The position numbers were made by a program, and so were the translations under genes. The notes under the pieces are model-generated. The model saw only the letters and a list, made by a program, of their open reading frames with translations. It did no database searches and was not told the origin of the DNA. DNA of 35,507 nt from Actinomycetes bacterium (GTDB taxonomy: Bacteria > Actinomycetota > Actinomycetes > Propionibacteriales > Propionibacteriaceae): the NCBI GenBank assembly GCA_023442485.1, contig JAEZZG010000058.1, positions 1 through 35,507 of the forward strand, given 5' to 3'. Shown in pieces: positions 19,277 through 29,408 of this stretch. Every line of letters begins with the position of its first letter. The first letter of the stretch is position 1.

Positions 19277-20482
19277 ATGAAAGCCAATATCGTCGTGGCG
19301 ATCAGCTCGTCAATCGCGGTATTCAAGGCAGCTCAGCTAGTGTCTGACCTAGTCAAGGAACACTCGGTACAGGTCGTGATGACTGCCAACGCAACCAAGT
19401 ACATGTCGGCGTTGACCTTCGAGACTTTGACCAAACGTCCGGTCTATACCCAGATGTACGGCGACGACGTGGACTTCTCCTCCGTGGCCCACATTGAGGT
19501 GGCGAAATGGGCCGACCTGATTGTGGCTTGTCCGGCGACGGCTAACCTCATCGCGAAGATGGCTCACGGGATTGCCGACGACTTCGTCTCTACCCTGATG
19601 CTGGCAGCCCGCTGCCCCATCTTGGTTTGTCCGGCCATGAACACGACGATGCTGAATCACCCGGCGACCCAAGATAACCTGGCAACCCTGATTGACCGGG
19701 GTGTTGCCGTTGTCGGTACTGGTTCAGGACTGCTGGCATGTGGCGATGTGGGGGATGGGAAACTGGCTAGCCTGGACTTGATCGAGGACCAGATCGTCAA
19801 GGCGCTAGCAGACCAGGATGCCGATTTGGCTGGGCTGAATCTCACCATCACCGCCGGCCCCACCCGAGAGGCGATTGACCCGGTGCGGTTCATCACCAAT
19901 CACTCCACCGGCAAGATGGGCTATGCCCTCGCTGAGGTTGCCGCCCGGCGCGGAGCGAAGGTGGTACTGATCTCAGGCCCGGTCGGGCTGACTCCTCCGT
20001 CAGGGGTGGACGTGATCGACGTCGTCAGTGCCCAAGATATGTTTGAAGCAGTGCGCCAGACCATCAACAACACAGATATTCTGATCAAGTCTGCTGCCGT
20101 TGCCGATTACCGCCCCGCCGAGATCGCCGAGCACAAGATCAAGAAATCCGGCGAGGCCATGTCGATTCAACTCGAACGCACCACAGATATTCTGCACTGG
20201 GTAGGGACTCACGCCACCCCTGGCCTGGTTGTGTGTGGGTTTGCCATGGAAACCGAGAATCTCTTGGCCAACGCCCAGTCGAAACTAGAACACAAGAACT
20301 GCGATCTACTCGTTGCAAATTCGTTGCGCACTCCGGGTGCGGGCTTCGGGACCGACACCAACGTGGCCACCCTGATTTGGCCAGATCGCACTGAGTCGCT
20401 GCCGATCATGTCCAAGATGCAGCTAGCAGATCGAATTCTTAGCGAGTGCGCCGCGATTCATCGACGCAAGCAACAGGCCTAA
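19277..20482 (+). CDS. coaBC: Bifunctional phosphopantothenoylcysteine decarboxylase / phosphopantothenate-cysteine ligase CoaBC
   Basis: N-terminal flavoprotein domain (KANIVVAISSSIAVFKAAQLVSDL...PAMNTTML) and C-terminal DFP ligase domain (GPTREAIDPVRFITNHSTGKMG, KKSG). Starts 10 bp after the YfhO stop, with a GGGAG SD. Confidence 0.9.
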   Translation: MKANIVVAISSSIAVFKAAQLVSDLVKEHSVQVVMTANATKYMSALTFETLTKRPVYTQMYGDDVDFSSVAHIEVAKWADLIVACPATANLIAKMAHGIADDFVSTLMLAARCPILVCPAMNTTMLNHPATQDNLATLIDRGVAVVGTGSGLLACGDVGDGKLASLDLIEDQIVKALADQDADLAGLNLTITAGPTREAIDPVRFITNHSTGKMGYALAEVAARRGAKVVLISGPVGLTPPSGVDVIDVVSAQDMFEAVRQTINNTDILIKSAAVADYRPAEIAEHKIKKSGEAMSIQLERTTDILHWVGTHATPGLVVCGFAMETENLLANAQSKLEHKNCDLLVANSLRTPGAGFGTDTNVATLIWPDRTESLPIMSKMQLADRILSECAAIHRRKQQA

Positions 20483-20595
20483 TCGGCAACTGTTGAGTGC
20501 AGTGGCGCTTGGAGCCAAGCCCTTGCGGGGCGCTTCATCGTGGCCTGGGGCAGGTGGTTTTGTGAGGGCATCTGGCTGCAACGATTGCGCAACGG

Positions 20596-20975
20596 CTATT
20601 TGAACCGGGCAAACAGGCGCATCAACCTTGCCCAAGTACGGTTCGACACTGCCGGCGGCGGGGTGATCGGCCACACCCTAGACGCAGGCATCGTGCGCGT
20701 CTTGGTAAAAGACAGCACACCTTCTCTCCCGTGACGGCAGCCGACTCCCGAGCGTCCCCAACCTGACATGGGCGCCGATGTGCTTGCCCAGCTCGCCGAG
20801 TATCCGTCGTTGATGTTGACCGATCCTGCGTTGAGCTGCCCGGCAACCTCCATGGCCTGATTGACGGGCCCCCAGACGGAGGCGTTGAGGCCGTAGTCGG
20901 TGTCGTTGGCTGCGTCGATCGCTTCACGGGCACGATCACCGATCGCAGGTCCGCGCAGCGCAGACATGGTTGACA
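20596..20975 (-). pseudogene. 5'-truncated remnant (C-terminal ~125 aa) of an NAD(P)-dependent aldehyde dehydrogenase (GabD-like succinate-semialdehyde dehydrogenase)
   Basis: ANDTDYGLNASVWG...QLNAGSVNIND...APMSGWGRSGVGCRHGREGVLSFTKTRT corresponds to the last about 100 residues of ALDH-family enzymes. It abuts the guaA stop (20988) with no room for the about 380-aa N-terminal part. Confidence 0.55.
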
Positions 20976-20987
20976 TGCCTGAAGAAT

Positions 20988-22544
20988 CTACTCCCACTCG
21001 ATGGTGGCCGGAGGCTTCGAGGTGACGTCAAGCACGACTCGATTGATCTCTGGGCATTCGTTGGTGATCCGAGTCGAGATGGACTCCAGCAGCTCATAGG
21101 GCAGGCGTGACCAGTCCGCAGTCATCGCGTCCTCTGAAGTGATTGGGCGCAGCACGATCGGGTGGCCGTAGGTGCGTCCATCCCCTTGGACCCCGACGGA
21201 TCTGACATCGGCTAGTAGCACCACTGGGAACTGCCAGACATCTCGCTCAATCCCGGACTTGTGTAGCTCGTCACGGGCAATGAAATCGGCACGACGCAAG
21301 ATGTCGAGACGTTCAGGAGTTACAGCACCGACGATGCGAATTGCCAATCCAGGGCCGGGGAAGGGTTGCCGCCAGACCATCTCATCGGGCAGACCTAGCT
21401 CGGTGCCGACGGCGCGAACCTCGTCCTTGAACAGGGCGCGCAACGGTTCCACCAGCTCAAACTGCATGTCATCAGGCAGACCACCGACATTGTGATGAGA
21501 CTTGATGTTGGCGGTGCCGTCTCCCCCACCCGACTCGACCACGTCCGGGTAGAGAGTGCCTTGACACAAGAAATCAATACCCTTCTCATCGCTGAGTCTG
21601 CGGGCCTCTTTCTCGAACACGCGGATAAACTCGCGGCCGATAATCTTGCGTTTTTGTTCAGGATCGGTGACTCCGTCCAGACAGGAGAGGAACCGGTCAG
21701 CTTCTTCGGCGACGACCAGATCGACACCGGTGACAGCGACGAAATCTTCCTTGACTTGGTCGGCCTCTCCTAGACGCAGCAGACCGTGATCGACGAAGAC
21801 GCAGGTCAACTGATCGCCGATGGCCTTCTGGACCAAAGCCGCTGCCACGGCGGAATCTACCCCTCCAGACAGGGCGCACAGCACTCGTTTGTCGCCGACT
21901 TGATCACGAACCTTAGCTACCAGATCATCGACGATGGAGGCAGGCGTCCACGACGGTGAGCACCCAGCGATCTGGTAGAGGAAGTTCTCTAAGACTTGCT
22001 GACCGAGCTGAGAATGTCCGACCTCTGGGTGCCATTGGACACCGGCCAGGCCGCGTTCTAGGTCTTCAAAGGCCGCGACGGGTGCCCCTGCGGTGTCGGC
22101 GAGAGTGCTGAACCCTTCGGGTGATCTCGATACCGAGTCCCCGTGGCTCATCCAGACATGGATTTGGCTAGGCAGCCCATCTAGCAGACAGCTTCGACCC
22201 GTCGGGATCGACAGGGAGGTACGTCCATATTCACGCAGACCCGTTTGGGCGACCGCTCCGCCAAGTGCCTGAGCCATCGCCTGGAAGCCGTAACAAATCC
22301 CCAACACCGGGACCCCAGCCTCAAAGAGTCTCGGATCGACCTGGGGTGCATTGTCGGCATAGACCGACTGTGGACCGCCCGAGAGGATGATCGCCTTAGG
22401 CTTGCGGGCGAGGATCTCCTCCACAGACGCCGAATGAGGCATGATTTCTGAATAAACGCAGGCTTCACGAACCCGACGAGCAATCAACTGGGCGTACTGG
22501 GCGCCAAAGTCGATGACGAGAACTAGATCATGGCTTTGAGTCAC
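20988..22544 (-). CDS. guaA: GMP synthase (glutamine-hydrolysing) GuaA
   Basis: Class I GATase domain ([20 protein letters not shown]...GICYGFQ), ATP-PPase SGGVDS motif, and C-terminal ...PPATIEWE. Confidence 0.95.
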   Translation of the reverse strand: MTQSHDLVLVIDFGAQYAQLIARRVREACVYSEIMPHSASVEEILARKPKAIILSGGPQSVYADNAPQVDPRLFEAGVPVLGICYGFQAMAQALGGAVAQTGLREYGRTSLSIPTGRSCLLDGLPSQIHVWMSHGDSVSRSPEGFSTLADTAGAPVAAFEDLERGLAGVQWHPEVGHSQLGQQVLENFLYQIAGCSPSWTPASIVDDLVAKVRDQVGDKRVLCALSGGVDSAVAAALVQKAIGDQLTCVFVDHGLLRLGEADQVKEDFVAVTGVDLVVAEEADRFLSCLDGVTDPEQKRKIIGREFIRVFEKEARRLSDEKGIDFLCQGTLYPDVVESGGGDGTANIKSHHNVGGLPDDMQFELVEPLRALFKDEVRAVGTELGLPDEMVWRQPFPGPGLAIRIVGAVTPERLDILRRADFIARDELHKSGIERDVWQFPVVLLADVRSVGVQGDGRTYGHPIVLRPITSEDAMTADWSRLPYELLESISTRITNECPEINRVVLDVTSKPPATIEWE

Positions 22545-22553
22545 TGACTTAAC

Positions 22554-22925
22554 CTATCTTGTCGAGGCGGGGTTGACGAGATCAGCGGAAGAATCGCGCT
22601 CACGAATTCGCTCGTGGTTGCGCACGACGGTGGTCACGATGAAGCTGAGCAGGTCTTCGGCGAACTGCGGGTCAAGCTGAGCGTCGTCGGCAAGCTGACG
22701 GAGTCGGGCGATCTGGGCACGCTCACGATCCTTGTCGGCAGGGGGGAGGCCCAACTCGGCCTTCAACTCCCCCACCCTCTGAGAGATCTTGAACCGTTCA
22801 GCCAAGATGTGGATGATCGCCGAGTCAAAGTTGTCGATACTCTGGCGCAGCCGGCGCAGTTCATCGGGGGCTTCCGGGACGCCGACTTCCGCACTGATCA
22901 CGGTGGCATCAATGTCGCGCTCCAT
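22554..22925 (-). CDS. AroQ-class chorismate mutase (cf. Mtb Rv0948c)
   Basis: ELRRLRQSIDNFDSAIIHILAERFKISQRVGELK... helical CM_2 signature. GAAGGAGG SD 7 nt upstream of the ATG; the ORF-track GTG start is 6 codons further upstream. Confidence 0.78.
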   Translation of the reverse strand: MERDIDATVISAEVGVPEAPDELRRLRQSIDNFDSAIIHILAERFKISQRVGELKAELGLPPADKDRERAQIARLRQLADDAQLDPQFAEDLLSFIVTTVVRNHERIRERDSSADLVNPASTR

Positions 22926-22948
22926 CGAGGTAACCTCCTTCACTCAAG

Positions 22949-24052
22949 TTAGCGCAGCACAATCTCGATTCGCTGGAACTCCTTAACTTCGGTGTAACCG
23001 GTTGAGGCCATCGCGCGGCGCAACGCACCAACCAGGTTCATGGTGCCGTCAGAGATCGATGAGGGGCCGAGGACGACCTCACGCAAGGTCCCGATCGGCT
23101 CAAAGCGGACCCTGGCACCACGAGGTAGCGAGTCGTGCCAGGCCTCAGCACCCCAATGCCAGCCGTGGCCGGGTGCTTCTGAGGCTCGCGCTAATGCAGA
23201 CCCCACCATCACCGCGTCGGCACCGCAAGCCAAGGCCTTGATCATGTCGCCAGAGCGGCCCACAGATCCGTCAGCGATCACATGAACATAGCGGCCGCCT
23301 GACTCGTCGAGGTAGTCTCGACGGGCTTCGCAGACGTCGGCTAATGCAGAGGCCATCGGCACCTCGACACCGAGGACATCGCGGTTAGCGTGGGCAGCCC
23401 CACCACCGAAACCGACCAGGACGCCAGCGGCACCGGCACGCATCAAGTGCAGCGATGTCTGGTAGGTGGCGCAGCCACCGACAATCACCGGGGAATCGAG
23501 GTCGTAGATGAATGATTTCAGGTTCAGCGGCTCCGCGACGTCAGAAACGTGGTCGGCGGATACCGTCGTTCCGCGAATCACGAAGAAATCAAGCTGAGCT
23601 TCGCTGATCTCGCGGGCGAACCGTTTGGTGTTGGCCGGGGATAATGAGCCGGCCACGACTACCCCTGAATCACGGATCTGGCGGACACGTTCGGTAATCA
23701 GCTCCGGTTTGATCGGCTCCGCGTAGATCGACTGCATCATCCGAGTGGCAGCCACCGGATCGTCGATGGTTGCTAGCTCGGCAAGGAAGGGGGTTGGGTC
23801 GTCGTAGCGGGTCCACAATCCTTCCAGGTTCAGCACACCGAACCCGCCTAGTTTTCCGAAAGCAATCACCGTCTCAGGAGACATGATGGAATCCATCGGG
23901 GCGGCCATCATCGGGAAATCGAAGCTGAAGGCGTCGATCTGCCAGCTCAGATTGACTTGCTCCATTCCGCGGGTACGCCGTGACGGCACGATGGAGATGT
24001 CGTCGAGAGAATAGGCCTTGGTCGCGCGCTTGGATCGCCCAATGTCGTACAT
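22949..24052 (-). CDS. IMP dehydrogenase-related protein lacking the CBS subdomain (GuaB3-like)
   Basis: MYDIGRSKRATKAYSLDDISIVPSRR..., an IMPDH TIM-barrel without CBS pairs. AGGAG SD upstream of the ATG at 24052; the ORF-track extension to 24091 is unsupported. Adjacent to guaB, as in Mtb Rv3410c/Rv3411c. Confidence 0.85.
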   Translation of the reverse strand: MYDIGRSKRATKAYSLDDISIVPSRRTRGMEQVNLSWQIDAFSFDFPMMAAPMDSIMSPETVIAFGKLGGFGVLNLEGLWTRYDDPTPFLAELATIDDPVAATRMMQSIYAEPIKPELITERVRQIRDSGVVVAGSLSPANTKRFAREISEAQLDFFVIRGTTVSADHVSDVAEPLNLKSFIYDLDSPVIVGGCATYQTSLHLMRAGAAGVLVGFGGGAAHANRDVLGVEVPMASALADVCEARRDYLDESGGRYVHVIADGSVGRSGDMIKALACGADAVMVGSALARASEAPGHGWHWGAEAWHDSLPRGARVRFEPIGTLREVVLGPSSISDGTMNLVGALRRAMASTGYTEVKEFQRIEIVLR

Positions 24053-24171
24053 AAAAACTCCTGTTCGTGGATGAGGCGCCTGTTTGGGCACCGTCCTGGT
24101 TTCGCCGTCAAAGTCTCAGAAGCTGACGTCGACTCGCCTGGCACACCGACAGTGACGCTGACTTGCCGGCA

Positions 24172-25815
<1,644 letters not shown>

Positions 25816-25951
25816 CTAAATCTACGTTACCGACGTCACTGATGAAGACGACGTCCACAACATAGCCTTTCGACGCAGGATGGAGACCGGCACCTAAGAA
25901 TTCGGCCGCACCTCTGACTTGCGTGGCCCTCACTTCCCACCGGATTTAACT

Positions 25952-25975
25952 CCCCCTTCACCCCTTCCCCACCCC
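25952..25975 (-). other. Canonical G-quadruplex motif on the minus strand (GGGG-T-GGGG-AA-GGGG-TGAA-GGGGG) in the guaB upstream region
   Basis: Plus strand reads cccccttcaccccttccccacccc. Four G4+ tracts with loops of 4 nt or less on the guaB coding-strand side, about 165-200 bp upstream of the guaB start. Confidence 0.4.
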
Positions 25976-26029
25976 GCCAAGATGAACATTTGTTCTTTTT
26001 GCTGAACTTATGAGAACTTCTCCTAGTCC

Positions 26030-26079
26030 CGGCAAGAATAAAAACCGTCGGAGGCGATGTGCTCCTCGTCACCTCCGAC
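26030..26079 (-). terminator. Intrinsic-terminator-like element oriented on the minus strand, with no minus-strand gene upstream of it
   Basis: Stem GTCGGAGG(CGATG)-tgctc-(CTCGTCA)CCTCCGAC. On the minus strand this is followed by GGTTTTTATTCTT. Only the plus-strand FGGY kinase gene lies beyond it. Confidence 0.4.
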
Positions 26080-26146
26080 ACCGATCAACGCTTATCCACA
26101 TCACTGCCCAACAACGGCATCGAAGCCGAAGTGAGGAGAAGGTCTC

Positions 26147-27622
26147 ATGACTGAACTCGTCGTTGGAATCGACATCGGTACTGGTTCTACCAAGGGTGTC
26201 CTTGCTGAGACAGACGGCACGGTCATCGCTAGCAGCGTCAAACGCCATCAAACATCATTCCCCCGCCCTGGGTACGCCGAGCATGACGCCGACGAAATCT
26301 GGTGGGGCGACTGTCTATCCATCCTGCGTGACCTCACCGCCCGCGCCAAAGGTAAGGTGCGCGCAGTCTGCATCTCCGGGATTGGCCCCAACTTCCTCCC
26401 CGCCGACGAAATCGGCACCGCCTTGCGCCCCGCCATCCTCTATGGCGTCGATACCCGCGCGATGAAAGAGATTGACGAACTAACCGACAAGTACGGGCGC
26501 GACTGGGTCCTCAACAACTGTGGAAACGACATCACCTCTCAGTCGGTCGGCCCGAAGATCTTGTGGGTCCGCCGGAATGAGCCCGAAGTGTGGGCTAAGA
26601 CCCGTCGCTGGTTCATGGCCCACACCTACTGCATCTACCACCTGACTGGCGCCTACGTCTTGGATCGCCTCTCCGCCTCGATGTGTGAGCCGCTCTATTC
26701 ACCATTCACCGGAGAATGGATTGAAGAGGCCTTCGCTGATATCGCTCCTGGGTTGGAACCGCCCGAGCTGCACTGGTCGAATGAGATCGCTGGCCGGGTT
26801 ACCGAAGATGCTGCCCGTATCACCGGTCTCGAACCAGGCACTCCCGTCGCGGTTGGCACCTTGGATGCTTTCGGTGAATCCCTTTCCATTGACGTCTGCC
26901 AGCCTGGCGACGTGATGTTGATGTACGGCTCGACCATGGTGATCAACTCCGTCTCCGATGCCCCCATGACCGAGGCTTCGTTGTGGTCGTGCTCGGGTAT
27001 GCTTGCCGGAACCTCAAACCTGGCCGGTGGTATGTCGACGACGGGTTCTTTGACGACGTGGGTGTGCGATCTCGTCGGCAAAGACCATGCATCGATGACT
27101 GCTGAGGCCGGTGAGGCTCTGCCGGGTGCAAATGGCCTGTTGTGTCTGCCCTACTTCTCTGGTGAACGCACTCCCATCGCCGATCCCAATGCTCGCGGTA
27201 TTCTCGCCGGATTGAATCTGACCCACGGGCGCAAGGAAATCTACCGGGCGATGCTGGAGTCAACCGGTTTCGGCACCCGCCATCTGCTTGAGGTTATGCG
27301 CAAGGCAGGGGCGTCGTGCTCGAAGCTGGTTGCTGTCGGCGGCGGCACCCAGGGCGGGTTGTGGCCACAGATCATCTCCGACATTCTCGGCGAACCACAA
27401 ATCATCCCGAAGGTGACCATCGGCGCCTCCTTCGGTGACTGCATGTTGGCTGCGATGACTATCGGTTTGGCAGACGAAAACACATCTTGGAATGAGCCAG
27501 ATCACATCGTCGAACCCAATCCGGAGAACAAGGAAATCTACGACACCATGTTCAAGGCATATATCGACCTCTATCAGGAGACGGCGGGGACGATTCATTC
27601 TCTGGCTGCGCTGCAGGTCTAG
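26147..27622 (+). CDS. FGGY-family carbohydrate kinase (fuculokinase/xylulokinase-like)
   Basis: N-terminal VVGIDIGTGSTKGVL (actin-fold phosphate-1 motif), FGGY_N and FGGY_C domain length, and GGGTQGGLWPQIISDILG C-terminal motif. GAGGAG SD. Confidence 0.85.
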   Translation: MTELVVGIDIGTGSTKGVLAETDGTVIASSVKRHQTSFPRPGYAEHDADEIWWGDCLSILRDLTARAKGKVRAVCISGIGPNFLPADEIGTALRPAILYGVDTRAMKEIDELTDKYGRDWVLNNCGNDITSQSVGPKILWVRRNEPEVWAKTRRWFMAHTYCIYHLTGAYVLDRLSASMCEPLYSPFTGEWIEEAFADIAPGLEPPELHWSNEIAGRVTEDAARITGLEPGTPVAVGTLDAFGESLSIDVCQPGDVMLMYGSTMVINSVSDAPMTEASLWSCSGMLAGTSNLAGGMSTTGSLTTWVCDLVGKDHASMTAEAGEALPGANGLLCLPYFSGERTPIADPNARGILAGLNLTHGRKEIYRAMLESTGFGTRHLLEVMRKAGASCSKLVAVGGGTQGGLWPQIISDILGEPQIIPKVTIGASFGDCMLAAMTIGLADENTSWNEPDHIVEPNPENKEIYDTMFKAYIDLYQETAGTIHSLAALQV

Positions 27623-27665
27623 CCAACTCATTGTTTTCCAAACACCAATATCTAAGGAGATAAAA

Positions 27666-28310
27666 ATGCTATTGGAAAAAGAACGTCAAGCCGTGGTTGA
27701 TACCTGTAAGCGGCTCCAGGCGGAGAACCTTGTCGTCGGCACCGCCGGGAATGTGTCTGTGCGGGTTGGCGACCAGGTTGCTATCTCGCCTTCGGGCGTG
27801 GAGTATGACGTTCTCACTGCAGAGATGGTGGGAATACATGACATGGACGGGAATCCCGTCGACGCCAAGCTCAATCCGTCGTCCGAACTTCCACTTCATC
27901 TGAGTGTGTATAAGGCCTACCCGTGGGTCAAGGCGATTACGCATAACCACGCCTACGCCTCGACCGCCCTTGGCTTGGTTGTTGACGAGATCCCGATGTC
28001 TCATTACTACTCGACGATGTTCGGCGGCAAGATTCGAGTTGCCCCCTATGCCCGCTTCGGCACCGACCAGCTTGCGATCAACGTCACCGAAGCTCTGCGC
28101 GATCGCAAGGGCTGCTTGATGAGCAACCACGGCGCGATCACCTTGGGTGAGACCTTGGAGAAGGCATTCGACTTGCTGCCCTATCTCGAGTACATCTGTG
28201 AGATTCAGTTGCGCGCCATGGCGACGGGTTTGCCGATCAAGGTGCTCTCTGACGAAGAGGAAGCCGATTCGACGAGCAATATCCAAGGCTACGGTGTCCA
28301 GGGTCACTAG
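27666..28310 (+). CDS. Class II aldolase/adducin-family enzyme with high similarity to L-fuculose-phosphate aldolase FucA, and also to L-ribulose-5-P 4-epimerase AraD
   Basis: GTAGNVSVR, SSE, HNHAY, APYARFGT, NHGAITLG and VLSDEE motifs align with E. coli FucA from memory. AAGGAG SD upstream of the ATG at 27666; the ORF-track start at 27492 overlaps the kinase and is rejected. Confidence 0.85.
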   Translation: MLLEKERQAVVDTCKRLQAENLVVGTAGNVSVRVGDQVAISPSGVEYDVLTAEMVGIHDMDGNPVDAKLNPSSELPLHLSVYKAYPWVKAITHNHAYASTALGLVVDEIPMSHYYSTMFGGKIRVAPYARFGTDQLAINVTEALRDRKGCLMSNHGAITLGETLEKAFDLLPYLEYICEIQLRAMATGLPIKVLSDEEEADSTSNIQGYGVQGH

Positions 28311-28482
28311 TGACAGAAAATAGCCGTAGGCGGGCGCGCGCCCAGCGCTCGCCGATATACTAGGCGTATACAAAAACACAAGATGACTTCGCCTTTCCCC
28401 TTGCCGGGCGGGTGAGCGATCATCCCCTCTGGCCTAGAAGTCTAGGCCGGTCGGCGAGGTCTGAGCGTAGATTGTGACAGCG

Positions 28483-28512
28483 GAACTGTGCGAGATCTCT
28501 CTCGCACAGTTC
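28483..28512. promoter_or_regulatory. Perfect 13-bp inverted repeat GAACTGTGCGAGA-tctc-TCTCGCACAGTTC, a candidate operator about 70 bp upstream of the DhnA-type aldolase gene
   Basis: Read directly from the sequence. Chance expectation for a perfect 13-bp inverted repeat with a short spacer in 35 kb is about 0.01. Confidence 0.5.
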
Positions 28513-28583
28513 TGTGCATTTACCCGGTGCTGATCACCGACGATCATCACCGCATCGAAATACTTACCGTAGAGAGGTTTTAT

Positions 28584-29378
28584 ATGACTGGGGTACAGCT
28601 TCGACTAGGAAAACTATTCAATAAGGACACTCGGCGTTCCTTCATCGTCGCCTTCGATCACGGCCAAGCACTTCCGATCCCTCACGGCATGGGGAATCCG
28701 GTGCGGCTGTTGGAGAGCATCATCGCCGGCAAACCAGACGGTTTGCTACTCACCAAGGGGATGTTGCAGCAAGCGTCACGCCTACTCGCCCACCGCGAGG
28801 CCCCCGCAGTCATCGTCCGCGGGGATTGGTCCTCACTCGATCCCAGCGATAAGGAATCCTTCGGCGAGCATCACCGTCAGATTCTGGACCCGGCCGATGC
28901 GTTGAGAATGGGCGCCGACGCCATGTGCGTCTACTTGATTGCCGGAGTTAGCAATGACGAGATGTTCCCGGACAACATCGAAGCCGTCGCGACTGTGATC
29001 GACAAGGCTCACCGGGTTGGCTTACCCGTCATCGTCGAGTCGGTCTTGTGGGGGAACAAGATCGCTGACAAGCACGATTTTGAACTATTGCGCAAGGTCT
29101 GCCGTCAGGCGGCAGAAATCGGGGCCGACGCACTCAAGACCGAATATCTCGGTGACGAAGAGAAAGAACGGATTCTGATTGAAGAAGTAGGAGATATTCC
29201 GGTGCTGACTCTTGGCGGGGCTGTCGGCGGGATGGACGAGGTCGCCAAGGCCGCTGAAGGCGCGATTCGCTCTGGTGCCCGTGGCCTCATCTTCGGCCGT
29301 AACGCATGGCAGGCGGGTGAGATTGAAGATCGTCTGGCCACCTTGTCGAAGATCACTCACACTCGCTTCGACGCGTAA
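28584..29378 (+). CDS. DhnA/FbaB/LsrF-family class I (Schiff-base) aldolase
   Basis: MTGVQLRLGKLFNKDTRRSFIVAFDHGQ... N-terminus and about 264-aa TIM-barrel length. The spacing of a Schiff-base lysine candidate (DALKTEY) is typical of DeoC/LacD-superfamily DhnA-type aldolases. GAGAGG SD upstream of the ATG at 28584. Confidence 0.65.
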   Translation: MTGVQLRLGKLFNKDTRRSFIVAFDHGQALPIPHGMGNPVRLLESIIAGKPDGLLLTKGMLQQASRLLAHREAPAVIVRGDWSSLDPSDKESFGEHHRQILDPADALRMGADAMCVYLIAGVSNDEMFPDNIEAVATVIDKAHRVGLPVIVESVLWGNKIADKHDFELLRKVCRQAAEIGADALKTEYLGDEEKERILIEEVGDIPVLTLGGAVGGMDEVAKAAEGAIRSGARGLIFGRNAWQAGEIEDRLATLSKITHTRFDA

Positions 29379-29408
29379 TCACACACTGACATTTTGCGAG
29401 GAAAACCC

